Below, piece after piece: positions 39,757-54,095 of a DNA stretch of 64,000 bases. How positions within the stretch are numbered: position 1 is the stretch's first letter; every line of letters begins with the position of its first letter. The notes under the pieces are model-generated. The model was not told where the DNA came from. It saw nothing but the letters and a program-made list of their open reading frames with translations, and did no database searches. The stretch is from Eledone cirrhosa. Taxonomy: Eukaryota. The translations under genes and the position numbers were made by a program. The stretch is from NCBI GenBank assembly GCA_964016885.1, contig OZ024746.1:76446001-76510000 (forward strand). The letters run 5' to 3'.

Positions 39757-42442
39757 CTTCTTCTTTGCGCACTTATTCCTGAGAGGGTTATGGAGGAAGA
39801 GTCCTCAAACACTCCTCTCAGCAGGTCCTGTCAGAAACTACCATTTCCAACTGATCCAGCGAGATCTCCAAGCAAGACCTCCCAAGCTCATGGACATTAT
39901 CCAACCCTCTTGCTTGAGGTCTAAACTTGGGTCTCTTGGCTTCCATCACTCGTGAACATGGCGCCGAGATACTCCTCCACCTGCTTCAGTGGAACTTCAT
40001 TCAGATGTTAAGTGCACTGCGCAGGTTTCCTTGAGAAGACAAGTGTCTCAGTTTTTGCAGCACTGATTTTCATTCCAGCCATGCAGCACTCTGCATCAAA
40101 CCTATCAGATGCAAGTCAGAGATACCTTCTGTCATGCTAAGTAACATGTCGACTGCTAATTCCACCTGCCAGCCATGATACCACTTCCAAACCCGCTTCG
40201 GATGTCAATCCTGTTCATGAAAATAATGATCAGGAGTGGTGACAATGCACCTTTGGGCACTCATATTGAAACATCAGGGCAGCAAGAAGCTGACCATTGA
40301 TCCCATACTCCTGCACTACCTTCCACAGCAAGTCCCAAGGAATGTGGTCATATGCCTTTTCGAGGTCTACAAAACAAGGATATACCTCTTGGCAATACTC
40401 CCACGATTTCTCAAAGACCTGCCGCAGTGTGAATATTTGGTCGGCTGTGCTGTGTCTAGGGTGAAAACCGCACTATTTATTAGCTATCTTGGACCCAACA
40501 ATCTCCCTGCATCTCTTTGCCAGACACTTAGCATATACAAACCAATAATAAAATTAACACCAACAAGTACAGGATCTTCTTTAAATAAATAACAAAAATA
40601 TGTCTGCAACAGTTCAGACACCATCTTACTGGTATCTATTACATCAACTGATTACTTAAAAAGCAATATAGTTGCTTGGCTACATGTTAGAAATCTAATA
40701 CCAGATTGATATTTCTTGAGATTCAATAAAGTAATTAAAATAAAAATGAATTAAAAATATATCCAAGTTATTAATTACTTTAGATTTAATTTGCTTTCTA
40801 AATTGTTTTGACTCTTTTGTGACCATATTTTAAATGAAATACATTCTACTTTAATTAATTCATGAAGCACTTAGAGGGATTTACTAAAATTATTAGATAT
40901 ATTGTTACTACTACTTCTTCGCTCACTTATTCCTGGGATGGTCATGGGGGCAGAGTCCTCAAGCACATCTTCCAGAAGCAACTATCTCCAATTGATCCCA
41001 CTGTATTTCTAAGTGAGACCAGCCAAGTTCCTGGATATTATCCAACCATCTTGCTTGGGGTCTACTCCCGGCTGGTTTTATTTGTAACATCTGTCCAACA
41101 GTTCTTTCCTTAGACATAATTTTATGTAAGAATCTTATTTGCATCTTGGATGCAGCACAGCTGACCAAATATTCACGATGCAGCAGGTCTTTGAGAAATC
41201 ATGGGAGTATTGACAAGAGGTGTATGCTTGTTTCATAGACCTCGAAAAGGCATACAATCACATTCCACAGGACTTGTTGTGGAAGGTTCTGCAGGAGTAT
41301 GGGATTGATGGATAGCTTTTTGTTGCCTTGTATTTCTGTATAGATAAATGGTGCTATATGTCAATATTTTGTTGCTAACATAGTAATTTTACATATTGTT
41401 TTTATATAAAATGATGTTGGAAGATTTAAATTTAAATAGAAACCACTTAAAATGTATGGTTTTGTTTCACTTAATTCAGCCTCCTGCTTTCCATCATTCG
41501 TGAGATACTTGAACTTCTCCACCTGCTTCAGTAGAACTTCATATGTTGAGTGCACTGCACAGGCTTCCTTGAGAAGACAAGTGTCTTAGTCTTTGCAGCA
41601 CTGATTTTCATTCCAACCATGCAGCACTCGGCATCAAACCTATCAAGTGCAAGTTGTAGGTCACCTTATATTGAGTTCAGTAACACCATGTCATCTGCAA
41701 ATTCTAGCTGATTGATTTTACACCCGCCAGTCACGATACCACTTCCAACCCGGTTGCGCATGTCAATCCTGTTCATGAAAATAATGAACAGGAGTGGTGA
41801 CAATTTCATCTTCCCCAGTGGACTTGTCACATTTGAGCTCTTTAACTGCTCTTGTGACCTCAGCCTTCGAGAGATTAGACGCTGCTCCTAGATGCACCTT
41901 ATGTACATCGGAAGATGTTGCAATCGGAATTGCAAGAGCTGATGCAGTAATGCATCAGATTCAGCATTTGATAATCAGAACTTGTTATCATCAATTCAAT
42001 ATTCATGCCAACACTTACCTATGGTCATGAATCTTGAGTTATGACCGAAAGGATACAATCACAAATGATAGTGGCTGAAATGGGGTCCTCCAAAGGGTCT
42101 TTGGAGTAATGTTACTCAATAGAGTATGTAACTTGGAGATCAGAGAATCACTCCAGGTAGAGCTACTACTTTTCTGAAATTGAGAGATAACAGCGCTCCG
42201 ATACTGTGGCATGTGGTTAGAATGTCTCGGGAAAGAATTGCTGGACAGATTTTACAGGCAAAACCAACCAGCAGGAGACCCAAGGGTAGACCCCAAGCAA
42301 GATGGTTGGATAATATCCATGAACTTGGTTGGTCTCGCTTGGGGATCCAGCAGGATCAGTTGGAGATGGTTGCTTCTGTCAGGAGTGTTTTAAGACTCTG
42401 CCCCCAAAACCTTCTCAGGAATAAGTAGGCAGAGAAGAGAAG
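39757..42442. mobile_element. Cluster of RTE fragments (same family as 31580-32272) in mixed orientation
   Basis: Minus pieces at about 39757-40530, 40912-41110 and 41477-41810; plus pieces at about 41140-41330 and 41900-42442; motifs DQIFTLRQVFEKSWEY, FVDLEKAYD and RRPKGRPQARWLDNI. Confidence 0.8.
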
Positions 42443-43329
42443 ATGGTTTTGTTCCATAAAATCAGAGTTGTTTTTGACCAGCTTCATATCAAAAGAGTTA
42501 ATTTGTTTTGTAACAAATGAATTAGGAATAGGAGCCACAGTACAACTCCTGTTTAAAAATGTCTATTTACAACCTACTTTTTTTCCTCATCTCCTAAACA
42601 AAAATATCAGATTCCCAGCCTTGTGAGTGATGATTCAAAAGATTATTGAAATAATTGATACTGAAAACAAAATAATAATAGGGAGCTATAGGATACTAGC
42701 AGTATTATGTATGTGTTTATGTGTGTGTGCTTGCATACCTGCACCAGTGAGTACGTGTGTTTCTGTATAGCATTTACTTTTTCTCTTCTCTGAACATTGA
42801 CACCTCTCTTTCTTTTCCTCCATCTCATTCTATCTCTCCCTCCTTTCTCTATCTTTCCCTCCCTCTCTCCCACCTAGTACAAATCCTCTTTTAACCCATG
42901 TTTTAACTATCTCTTTCTGTCTCTTCCCCATTTTCTCTTTTCTATGTTGTCAATCAAGGCAGAAGAATTAACATATAAACCAATAAGCATTAGCTATTAA
43001 ATAAAATAAATATGGTGAATTTATTCAAAACCCTCATATGTGAGCCATCAAAAGTATTAGAAATATGGTAACAAAAGAGTTCAACTTTATAAATATATTG
43101 TCCACTTCATACATGAAACAGATCATTCTAATGCGCTGTGTTGATGCTTCTTCATATATATATTTGTGAAGGTTTCTTTATGCATTTCTCCTATTTCTAC
43201 TCCTCCTCCATGTTTTATGTAACAATCTTTTGTTCCACCCCCCCTTCTGCCTTACTTCAGAGTGTGTGGGTTTTAACGCTCTTCGCGTTACACATTCATT
43301 TTCATTTAACATTTGTTCCAGAGGGGAAA

Positions 43330-43600
43330 GAACTGGGTGAAGGAGTTAGTGAAGGGCCTGGGAAGTTGGGCACAGCAGCACCATCCCAGATATGGGAGCA
43401 TTACTTCCTTGTGGGTTTACTTGAACATTGTAGAGAGTGAGAAGATGTAAGGGTTAAAATATTTTCTGGCTCTGAAAAGCAAAGCCAGTTTGTTAGATGT
43501 AGTTCTACCTATATTCAGGATGTGTATTCGGCATGAGAGACCCTTAATAAGAATGAGGCTTAGCATTTGGAGCGAACACAAGAGATCTTCTAATTGCATG
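43330..43600 (-). mobile_element. Old CR1/Jockey-group LINE RT C-terminal fragment
   Basis: HILNIGRTTSNKLALLFRARKYFNP resembles the HI..I.K.AS.KL..LFR.R.YF.P thumb region. Confidence 0.55.
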
Positions 43601-45202
43601 CTTTTCATGTTTAAGGGGAATGAGGTGTAGTGATATTTTAATTCTGTATACGTATAATCATACAATTCACAAGACAAATCAACAATAACAAAAACGAATC
43701 TGCGCTTTCACTGGTTTAGTTTCAGTCATTCAACTGGTCTGTGCTCATACAGTGGTGATGTCTTAAAGAGTTTCAGCCATTATATTGATGTCAGTATTTC
43801 TCTCATTATTGATTTCTATTTGCTGAATTACTACATTATGGGATAAAAGCAAGAACACACATTTTGAATATAAACATGTTTCACATAATATATTTATGCA
43901 AAGTTGCAATAATTATTGGTCAGGTACTGCTGCTAGTCATACATAAAAAAAGAGCCTGTTATCAGATCAGACCAAGAAAACAATGTTTCCATTGATCTTT
44001 CCATTGCAAGTACCAACTGTTAGTCACAGCTCCTGTAAATGTTTTACTTGAAATATTTTGAGTTACAATATTGAGCTAACATTGATCAAAGACTGAATTA
44101 ACTACTTGCATAAATCTAATTTATATAATTGATTCAGACATAAGACTAATTTTATCAATTCAACTTTTGAACTAACGATTAGATCCCTTATCAAATTAAA
44201 GAGCAGTTTGTTGTAACCTTCTTTATTTAAACTCTGTAGTTTAAATAAATAAAAACCTCATTTTAACTCAATGTCCTGTACTGCATGTACTCAATGTCCG
44301 CATTAGCAAGACATTCTTGAAAAGTACAAAGCAGCACTATGATAACCACATATTAAAAATTAAAGTCTTTACTCTAATATTGCAAATTTAAACAATGATC
44401 TGTTCACTAGTAGAAATAAGAAAACCATTTTAGAATTACAAATTCATTTTCTGTTAAATCATTACAGGATGTTAATTAAAAGCTTTCAGAACCACACCAA
44501 AAAGAATATGATAGAAATGAGAGATAAAATAACTGTTGATTCCAGATTTGCAATAAACCCAGTTTTATCATTACATCAAGATACATTCCATATTTTTCTA
44601 ATTACATAAAATAAGTTATTAAAACAATGAGAAACATTTTCTGAAATTAAATGTGTTCATAATATTTTGATCACAACAGATTTTTGTTTTTTTTTACAAA
44701 TATTTAAAATTATTTATCAATTACAATCAAATTTGATTAAAAAGGGAAAGGAGTCAAGCATCAGATAGAGCAAAGAAACAGTGTGTCTATTGGTATTTCC
44801 ACTGCTGTTACAATCTGCCAGTCACAACTCCTGGGGGAAGGAGATGGGATTTGAGTGTAGAATGCACAGAGTCACATCAGATACCACTGAACATCCAATC
44901 AAACTCTTTAACAATTCTGACAATCCATCATTCCGGGATAGGTACTTTATACATCGACCCCAAAGGAATGAAAGGCTAAGTTAACTTCAGTGGGATTTGA
45001 ACTCAGAGTACAGTATTCCAGAACAAATACTGAGGCATAAAATAAAAAGGCATGCACACAGATCATAACATTTTATTTTCAAGGTTACTGCAGATTTGAG
45101 TATAAAGCCAGACAACAACAAAATCAAATATTTTATTTTTATTTTAATTTTTATTTTAATAGTTTCTAAATAATGTAATTCTAAAAATATAAATCAACTT
45201 AC

Positions 45203-45367
45203 CTCATCAGATTCAAAGACATGACAAAGAATCTTAGCCTGTTTCTTTCTACGTAAAGATTCATCCCCCGGGCTGGAGAGGAGACGCCGGCGAGCCATGA
45301 TTACCAGGATGTCGCCAATGTCAGCAATATAAGATATTGTCCGTAAGGAATGATCCATCATGATTTC
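45203..45367 (-). CDS. APBA1: X11/Mint/lin-10 (APBA family) internal coding exon, PTB domain
   Basis: gtgcag|GAAATC...GATGAG|gtaag; 165 nt, phase 0-0; [55 protein letters not shown], matching the X11 PTB motif [15 protein letters not shown]...V.MARRR...CHVFES; splices in frame to 304-486. Confidence 0.95.
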
Positions 45368-47282
45368 CTGCACGAGAGAAACATTTAAGTCCCATAAATG
45401 TCAATAAACAAAGAACTGAAGAAGAACTAAAACATTTTATATCTGCTTTCCATGCTGCCATGGGTTGGACGTGTCATCAAAGTCTGAGACTAGACAGGTT
45501 GGAGAACCATGTATTCTCATACATTCCATATCTTGGCATGGGGTCTACAGCTAGATGCCCTTCCTCATTCAATATCTTAAAACCTAACTGATTTGTGCCC
45601 CCACAAAATATTCTCCTTTAACAGCACTCATATTTTGGAATTTTTGTTAAGTAGTGAAATCCTCTTGATTAGGTTTCATTTAATGCTTTAACACAATTTT
45701 TCATTAAACCTAGTTTGATATAGGAAAATGAAATGGACCTCTAGTGGTTTTGACAATGAGTATTCCAGTTGTTCAATCAATGAGATGGACTCCTCATTAA
45801 GGTGCAAGTGGCTGAGCATTCTTCAGACAATTGTACACTACATGTATTTCTCAGGAATATTCAACATGATACAGTGTGTGACAAGACTAGCCTGTTGAAT
45901 TACATGTACAGTCCATCCAACAGGCTTTGAAATAGTTTCCATCTACCCAATTTCACTCTCACGGCTTGGATCAACACGAGGCAATAGCATATGACACTTG
46001 CCCAAGATGTCACACAGGGGAATCGAATCCAAAGCCTAATGATGAAGAAGCAAACTCCTTAAGCATTCACCCATGCTGCGTCTGAAGTGACTAATGGTAT
46101 GGTGGAGACTCTATAATCAGATTACAAGAACCATATTTCATAATGATTTATTGTACATATTTTTCACTGCTATTGTAGTCGAAACATTGACATTTTCAAA
46201 TTAGTTAATCTCCACACCAATAAATGTCACTAGTCCTTGAGAATATTAAATGTGTTATGTTTGTTTATTAGAATATATTCTATTATTGCTCTTTAGTTTG
46301 AAATGGGGAAAGGAGCATTCTTTTAAGTGTCTAGAAACACATGGCAAAGTTAATGCTATTGGATTACCAGCTTATATGTCTTTAATTCACAGCTAATGCT
46401 GACATTCCAACTAATGCTGGCATTCTGTTGTGTTTCTAAGCAGTGTTTTAGCTCATCTATCTTTAGGAAGGTGGTTAGGATTTGGGGTCTATGATCATAA
46501 TGTTCTGATTTCAATTCCTGGACCAAGCAAAACTGTTGTAAGTTTGATTCCTGGACTGTGCAAACAAACTTCCTTTAACCCTTTAGCATTTACATTACTC
46601 TATATTTTTTCATGGTAAACACTTTATCTCACATAATATCGAATCTATAAGATTTTGAAGTGATACTGGGTTACCTGGGAATGTCGCCTGTTATAGACTG
46701 GCAATCTATCCGGAAGCAATATATATCTCTCATCTACTTAACACTATGAAATCAGTGCTAAGCATAGACCTTTATGAGTCCGATGGAGCTACTATAGGCA
46801 TGAAAATATTTACATCCTATTAGATTTAGTGAAGCTGCTGATAAGGATTAATGGTTAGCACACATCTCTTACACATATGGAAATGGAAAAAAATATCAAA
46901 GAAGTAAGCAAACACTATATCTTAAAATTAAATATACTTTATGCATCCATGGGCACTTAACTCCGGGTTGAGTCATAGAAGCAATGTATTGTTATAGTGT
47001 GTCTTGGGTATTTAAACCTGGAGCCCTTCCCTCTCCAGGTCTGGACATAGCTGATTTCCTCCAGAGAAAAAGATATAGAGGAAAAATTAAACCCAGTACC
47101 GAACTTGTACTTTATCAGCCTTGAGGGGATGTAAGGCAAAGCTGATCTTAGTGAGATTTGAACTCCGAGTGAAAAAAGCTAGAACAAATACTGTGAAGCA
47201 TTCTATCTGACATTTTAATAATTCTGTCAAGTTACCATCCATAAATATAGTTTAGGAACTACAATCATTTTATTATTATTAC

Positions 47283-47369
47283 CTGGAGATCTGTATTGAG
47301 AACCATGATCTTTTCAGTGGACACAAACAAATCTACTTCAGTACTAGGCTGGTTTTCTCCCTCTGGAGC
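47283..47369 (-). CDS. APBA1: X11/Mint/lin-10 (APBA family) internal coding exon, PTB domain
   Basis: atttag|GCTCCA...CTCCAG|gtaat; 87 nt, phase 0-0; APEGENQPSTEVDLFVSTEKIMVLNTDLQ, similar to the Mint1 segment [29 protein letters not shown]. Confidence 0.93.
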
Positions 47370-47509
47370 CTAAATAAAATTAAAAAGAAAATATATTTAA
47401 TAAATGTCCCGACAGAAAATAAACTGGATTTCATGTAGATATTTTACAAAACAAAGATGCAATAAACTACAATTAAAAGAATTTACCTGAAAACAAAACA
47501 AAAGTTTTG

Positions 47510-47674
47510 GTGTTACTTTAACATGTGGTCTACCACATTATCTATAGTCTACATTGTGTAATAACCTGAGTTAGGGTTAGTATTTAAGATAAACTGCAGA
47601 CTGAACTGTAAATAACCAGGTAGACTGCACACTAAAGGGTAATTGACCAGATAGACCACATGCTAATGTGACAC
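47510..47674. mobile_element. Unclassified MITE with 24-bp imperfect TIR
   Basis: gtgttactttaacatgtggtctac versus reverse complement of the right end, gtgtcacattagcatgtggtctat; internal gttagggttag. Confidence 0.6.
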
Positions 47675-48176
47675 TAAGGGTTTTTTAATATCTCAAACAT
47701 TTTTTAAAAGCAAGAGAATTTTATAAAAAATACATTAACAAAGAGGTAATAGATGACTAGAATATGGTGTTAACCTTCAGATAGCATACAAAATTTACAT
47801 AATAAATATGAATGTTAAATACCAGAAATTTATTTGAATGAATACATACTTGTGTATTTGTAAAACTTCCCCCAACCCAACCTAAATTCTTTGAACAATA
47901 ATTTCAGTGATATTATTTTAATCCTTCTGATACCAAACCATATGAAACTGCCTCTGTTTTTACAACATAAAACTGTTTATTTTAATATGATTACATTTAT
48001 CTAAAAAATAAACAAAAAACTTTACTGCATAATTTTATATAAAAACCTTTATGTTATGTTATGTTCTAAACAAGAACATAAGGATGGTTATCTTTCTAAA
48101 TCATATCAAATTCTTGATTTTCATTAGAAATATCGTAACAAAAGGACTAGCAGAGAAGTTTTTGGAAGTCTTTTAA

Positions 48177-48397
48177 CCCTTTAGCATTTACATTACTCTA
48201 TATATACTATTGTATTTTCACAGTAAAGACTTTACCTCACATAATTATCTCACATAATATCGAAGCTATGAGATTTTGATATTATTTATTTTGAGAACAA
48301 TACCTTAATGTCGGTATAATCAGCCAATTACAGCTAGTTTAAACAGAAAGAAATGAGAGAATTCTGGCCAGATATGGCTGGTTTAAATGCTAAAGGG
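48177..48397. mobile_element. piggyBac-type MITE family M2
   Basis: Perfect 14-bp TIR ccctttagcattta/taaatgctaaaggg with TTAA on both sides; partial second copy at about 46579-46665. Confidence 0.85.
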
Positions 48398-48784
48398 TTA
48401 AATTACACCACATCAGTTGCAGACCTACTCATACCCAAAATTAAAAAAAAATTATTATTTGACAAATATGGTTTCTAATTAAGGTACAAGATTTTACTAG
48501 TACTTCAGTTTATCAACTCCAGAAGGATGAAAAGCAAATATGACATTAGTTGGATTGGTACTTGGAACTTAAGCAATTTGTTTGATGCTTTAACAATCCT
48601 GGGAATCTATTGCATTTAATTGTTTAACAAATATGAATTATATTTGATTCAAACTGACAAATGTAGACAATTTTTTCTACAAAATCTAAATGAAATGTTG
48701 TTCCAAATTTAAAAACAAAAACATTTTTCAAACTGGTTAATGAATATCCTGCTGAATAATTTATAACATGAGCAGCAAAAGCAC

Positions 48785-48838
<54 letters not shown>

Positions 48839-51193
48839 AAAGAAACGAAATAAGCTGATTATCAGATAAAACCAAGAAAACTATGTTTCCATTGGAACTA
48901 TCTGCTTATTAATTACAACTCTTGACAGAAGGAGGCAGGATTTCAATTCAGAACATGCAGAGCTGGATCAGATACTACAAAGCATCTTGTCTGACTCTTT
49001 AACAATTCTGCCAATCCACCAACAGTTGACTTATACTTTATTTATCAACTTCCAAAGGATGGGAGGTAAAATTGATCTTGGTGGGATTTGAACTCAGAGT
49101 GGAGAAAACCAGAACAAATACTAAGGCAATTAATTCGAGAGTCCAATGATTGCCAATTTGCCACCACAATAAATAAATAAACAAATAAAAGGTGTTTTAT
49201 TACTTATTCAGTTGACAGATTATAAGTTCTGTAACAAAGCATGTTGTTTTACATAGGTGATAAATGGTTTTATTTAATATGATATCTTATGGTTTATCAA
49301 GGCATTTGGATGATTTGAAATTTTGATATCTAAACACAGAATCACTACAATGATAATGGTATTAGAAAATCAGGTAAAATACCCTTAGGGAGAGAAAATA
49401 GGTGGAAAGCAACAGTGTTTGGATATCAACATTTCAAATTTTAATAAGATATATTTATTCAAAACATAGTAACCGGAAAGCCAGCAAATATGAAAATGAG
49501 AAAAAAATAATTAAAAAAAAACAACAGCTGAGTTCTGTTTAAAAATATAGAGAATTAGGAATGAAAATATCAAAGATTGATCTTTATAAACAGAGAATAA
49601 GGAGCCCCATGAGCTGGACTGGCTCTTTCAGTGTATCTCCACTATCATCTAAGGTATTCACCATTATGTCGACCAGTACCATAAGCAACATCTATATACT
49701 GTCGGTTGTGTGTGTAAACATTGACTCAATCATATTAACAAACTATTGAGCAGATTCTGAATTGTTAGTGTATGTTAGCTTAACGTAAATTGCTTCAATG
49801 CAGGCATTTGTTTTGTTGTTTTTTTTTGTTTTTTTTTTGTGCTACAAAAAAGATGGAAAATGTGGACAGTAATCACATGTGGGACAAAAGCACAGCCATC
49901 TGACATACAGCAGATGTGAATTTGTGTACCACAGGTGATACTGTCCACTTTTTCCATATCTAGGCATTGTATGCCCAACTCATTTGACTATATATCATAG
50001 TTAAAAATAAATCTGCATTGAAGCTAACATACATTCGAAATTCCAAATTTGCACAATGCTTCACAAGAGTCTACTTGATTTGATATATATATTTAGCTGA
50101 ATGTTTCTTTGTCTTCATCATGTTTACAGTAACTACAGTTAGTCAGACATTATCTGAATTTACAATAGTTGAACACAATAATATTTCTTCCCATAACCAG
50201 AACTAAGCCTGGTTGAGAAAGGAAGAAAGTTAGATGTTGGGCTAGCAACCAGCTCTGTTACCTCTAAAATAACAGCAATTAACTCTTTTGATGCCATATT
50301 TCTATCAAGAATATACAGCTTTTGTATTTTAATTATCAAAATAATCTAGAATTATGAGAGGTTTTGTGAAATAATTAATTTTCAGCTTAATAATAAAAAA
50401 CAAATATTTAACTACCAACATGTAATAACGGGATTTTAGTCTGAAGTTTGAATTGAAATTTAAACACTTTATTAAGGCCGGTTTCATCCAGATAAGGGTT
50501 TATAGGATTAAATCTCCACAAGAAACAGCTTGAGGAAAAAAGCAGCAAAGATTGTCTAGGAAGGATTCCAATAAAAGCTGCAAGAAAATGGGAGTTTCGG
50601 TGTACCAGATCTAGAGTTTTAAAACCATAATAAGGATTGAAATTTGAAATGTATGTACATTGCACCAGGGTGATGAGATGGGGTAACCACTAAGAGAGTT
50701 CAGTAGATACCAAAAAGACATCCTAGGCCATAGTAAAGTGAGATACACAGGTAGTGGGGAAAATGTACAACAAACTCAATAATTCTCATTATATCCTATA
50801 AATAATAATAATTATTATTATAGCCATAACTATAGCAGGAACTGTACAGTAACAACAATGCAAAATATTGTAATTCATTCTGTTATAATTAATATTCTCA
50901 CAACTCCTTATCAATCTAGGGTTTTATAAGTTTGTCTTTTGATATAGTCAAGGCAGTGATTTTGAACTTGGGATATACACTCAAGGAGTCAATTTTTCTA
51001 AATTTTAGAATATATCTTTTTAACACTGAACGAGTGTTTATAGTGTGAGGGGCATAAATTTGTTTGTGTACTTGTGAGGCATATAGCAGGAAAAAAAAAA
51101 ACCTCTGGTCTAAGGTTCCTTAGTATTCTTACTTTTGAAGAATAAAAATATTTTTATTAAATTTTGTTTTGATTTACTTATACGAAAGTTTAA

Positions 51194-51446
51194 CCTTTCT
51201 GTTACCATATTTCTGATGAAAGACATCGGCTATGATTTTCAAATAATTTGTGAAAATAATCAAGAATTTTGAGGGATTTAGTAATATGGCAAACTTCCCC
51301 ATTATTATGCTGGTGTTTGGAACATAATTTAACTAAGATTCTTACATAAAATGACAGATGGCCTTTCGATAAGTAAAACATTTAAACAGAAATAGCTTAG
51401 TATTGCAGAACCAAGGCCGGTTTTAGGCAGCTTGGTATGAAATGGG
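51194..51446 (+). mobile_element. piggyBac-type MITE M1, intact copy
   Basis: TTAA on both sides; internal accatatttct...ggtatgaaatggg as in the other copies. Confidence 0.8.
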
Positions 51447-54024
51447 TTAAAGAAAACCAATGATTAAAAATTACAAAAATCAAAAGCAACTAGTTTTAAT
51501 ACTTATAATTACTGATGAAACAAACAGTGAGTTAGCTAGATGATGTGTTATAGAAAAGGAAATTTGTTAACAGTGCTGTTACTGCTGAAATTTAATGTAA
51601 TTCTCTAAACAGTCCTTTGAACTTCAAGACCAATAATGATGTTTTACAGCCAAGAGTGTGTTCAAAATTTATTGGAATTTTTGGTTCAATAATTCTTCTT
51701 TGGTAAGAAGAGAGTTAAATATGTACATAAAAACATGATAAATTCCGAAGATAAAAGACAATTTCATTTCAAGAGTTATAATTAAAAATGTGATATACTA
51801 TGACCATGACTACAGAAAAGAGGTTTACTCATTTGACATTTCATATCACAATATAAGATTCTAAATAATATAAAGCAATGTTTAAACATATTACAACTTA
51901 ACATGAACCCTTCCTTCAATAAATAAAAATTACTTAAAATTTAGTGATATTAGCCTGTTTAATAGCAAGCTGCTTGGAACTGTTCCTGTTTTCTTTTATG
52001 CCAAACTTTGTTTTAAAGTGTTTATATTTATCTAAAAACGTTCCATCATAATTTTATGTAAGAACCTTTGTTGAGTTTTATTGAACAACAGTTAATAATG
52101 AAGAAGTTAGTTATATCAATAAATCACTATAAATTCTTGATTATTTTCAAAATGATTTGAAAATCATAAGCAGAATCTTTCATTAGAAATATAGTAACAA
52201 AAGGCTTAAGTCTATGCTCTGCAATACATAACCAAATATAGATATATACCAATATTATTCACAAAGAATATAACATGTAGTTTCTTATTAAAAGTTTAAA
52301 AAAAACGACCTATTTTGATTATTTTCTAACTAATGACATGTCCTACATGTTTTTAATTTAATTTTCCATGGTTTCCTTCCTAATATTTTTACCAGAATAA
52401 TGAACATATTTATCATAAAATTGTTTGATGGATTGCAATTTTCTTTTCAGAAAATATGGGTATTTATTTCTAAAAAAAATATTATGCAGTGGAAAACATA
52501 ATAGGACTGCTAATAGTAACATGAAATCAAATAGCTATAAATAAAATAATTCTAAAGAATTCTCTTTGTAACTAAATGATCATTCCTGGAAAAAAAAACA
52601 AAAAAAAAAACAGCATATACTATTTATTCTCAATGTGATCAAAATATATTATATTTAAATAAATATCTTACAATGGTTTCTAATTTAGGCACAAGATCAG
52701 CAATTTGATGGGAGAGGAAAGACAATTATATCAACTCCAGTACTTTACTTTATTTTATCTTATCGACTGCAGAAGGATGACAGGCAAAGTTGATCATAGC
52801 GAGATTTGAACTCAGAACATAAAGAGCCAGAACAAATACCTCAAAGCTTTTGCCTGATGCTCTAACAATTCTGCCAATTGAACACCTTTAGGTAAATATC
52901 TAATAATATGAATAGAGTAATCTAGTATACAGAGTAACCTTACAATCAGAGACACACATAAGAAATGATAATATCAAATACAAATGATGAAATAAACACA
53001 TATATATATATTATGACTATTATCATCATGTGAAGCTTGTTATATCAAAGATACATTCTAACTGTATGCAATGACAAAAAAAAAATGAGCAATTTTTTAA
53101 AAACTACTTTTGTACAAATATAATACTATGTTCTATTAGTCACAGCAAATACTATAAAAATGAAAATTCTTTGAATAACTAACTTTTAGTAAACGTCTAT
53201 ATATTATAATTCTTAACATCCCATACAACATAAAACCATATTAGCAAGACATTCTCAGAAAGTACAAAACAATGCCAAGACTGCACCATATTTGAAATTA
53301 AGATCTTTAATCAAATATTGCAAATTTTCACAATGATCTGTCCATCGATAAAGATACTATAATCATTTGAATTAACAAACATGTTTTTCATATTTTCTGC
53401 TAAACCACAACAGATTGTGAAGAGTAAGTCAAATAAATACAGGAACAAACTCTACTATTTTACACACAAGTGCTTGTCAAAATTCGTAAAACCTTTTTAA
53501 CAATAAATATAGATGGAGAACAGTTTTTAAAAAAAGTGAAAAGATGGGGTAGAGTAGACATAATTGCATTTTGACAAAGAAATATTAATGGCTTATGATC
53601 TTTAAATTATGTAATATAGAAGCAGGGGCAGTTTAGTATCAAAAGGGTTAATTATTTTATCAAACACACAAACTCAGTCTTTTAATCTAAGTAAAGATGA
53701 AGAATGGAGTGACACGGCGTTGAGACTTAGCTTTCAATATTCTAAATTACCCATTTGTGGATAATGGGAAATTTTATGTTTAAGAGGAAACCTAAATCCA
53801 TGGTTTATTTTAAGTATGCCTCTCAATAAAGTCAAAAAATTTAAATATATGAATTATACATATAAATGCATATATACATATATGCCCCTCAATTTTATTT
53901 CTCATTCTTTCTTCTGATGAAGGACTAGCGTTAAGACCCTCTTCCTGCTATATCAAGCGTTAACCTAATATATACCTTCCATATACTGTACCAATTGTGT
54001 AGTTATTTCTGTTTACCTTTTACA

Positions 54025-54095
<71 letters not shown>

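Noticed and set aside
49600-49770. Exon-like GC-richer island after ctaacaattcag on the minus strand
   Set aside because: Phase-0 frame stops within 9 codons, there is no convincing donor, and no homology was recognised.
50480-50760. Possible L1/Tx1 endonuclease fossil on the minus strand
   Set aside because: Only vague motif resemblance (SNFN for GDFN); cannot be supported without a translated search.
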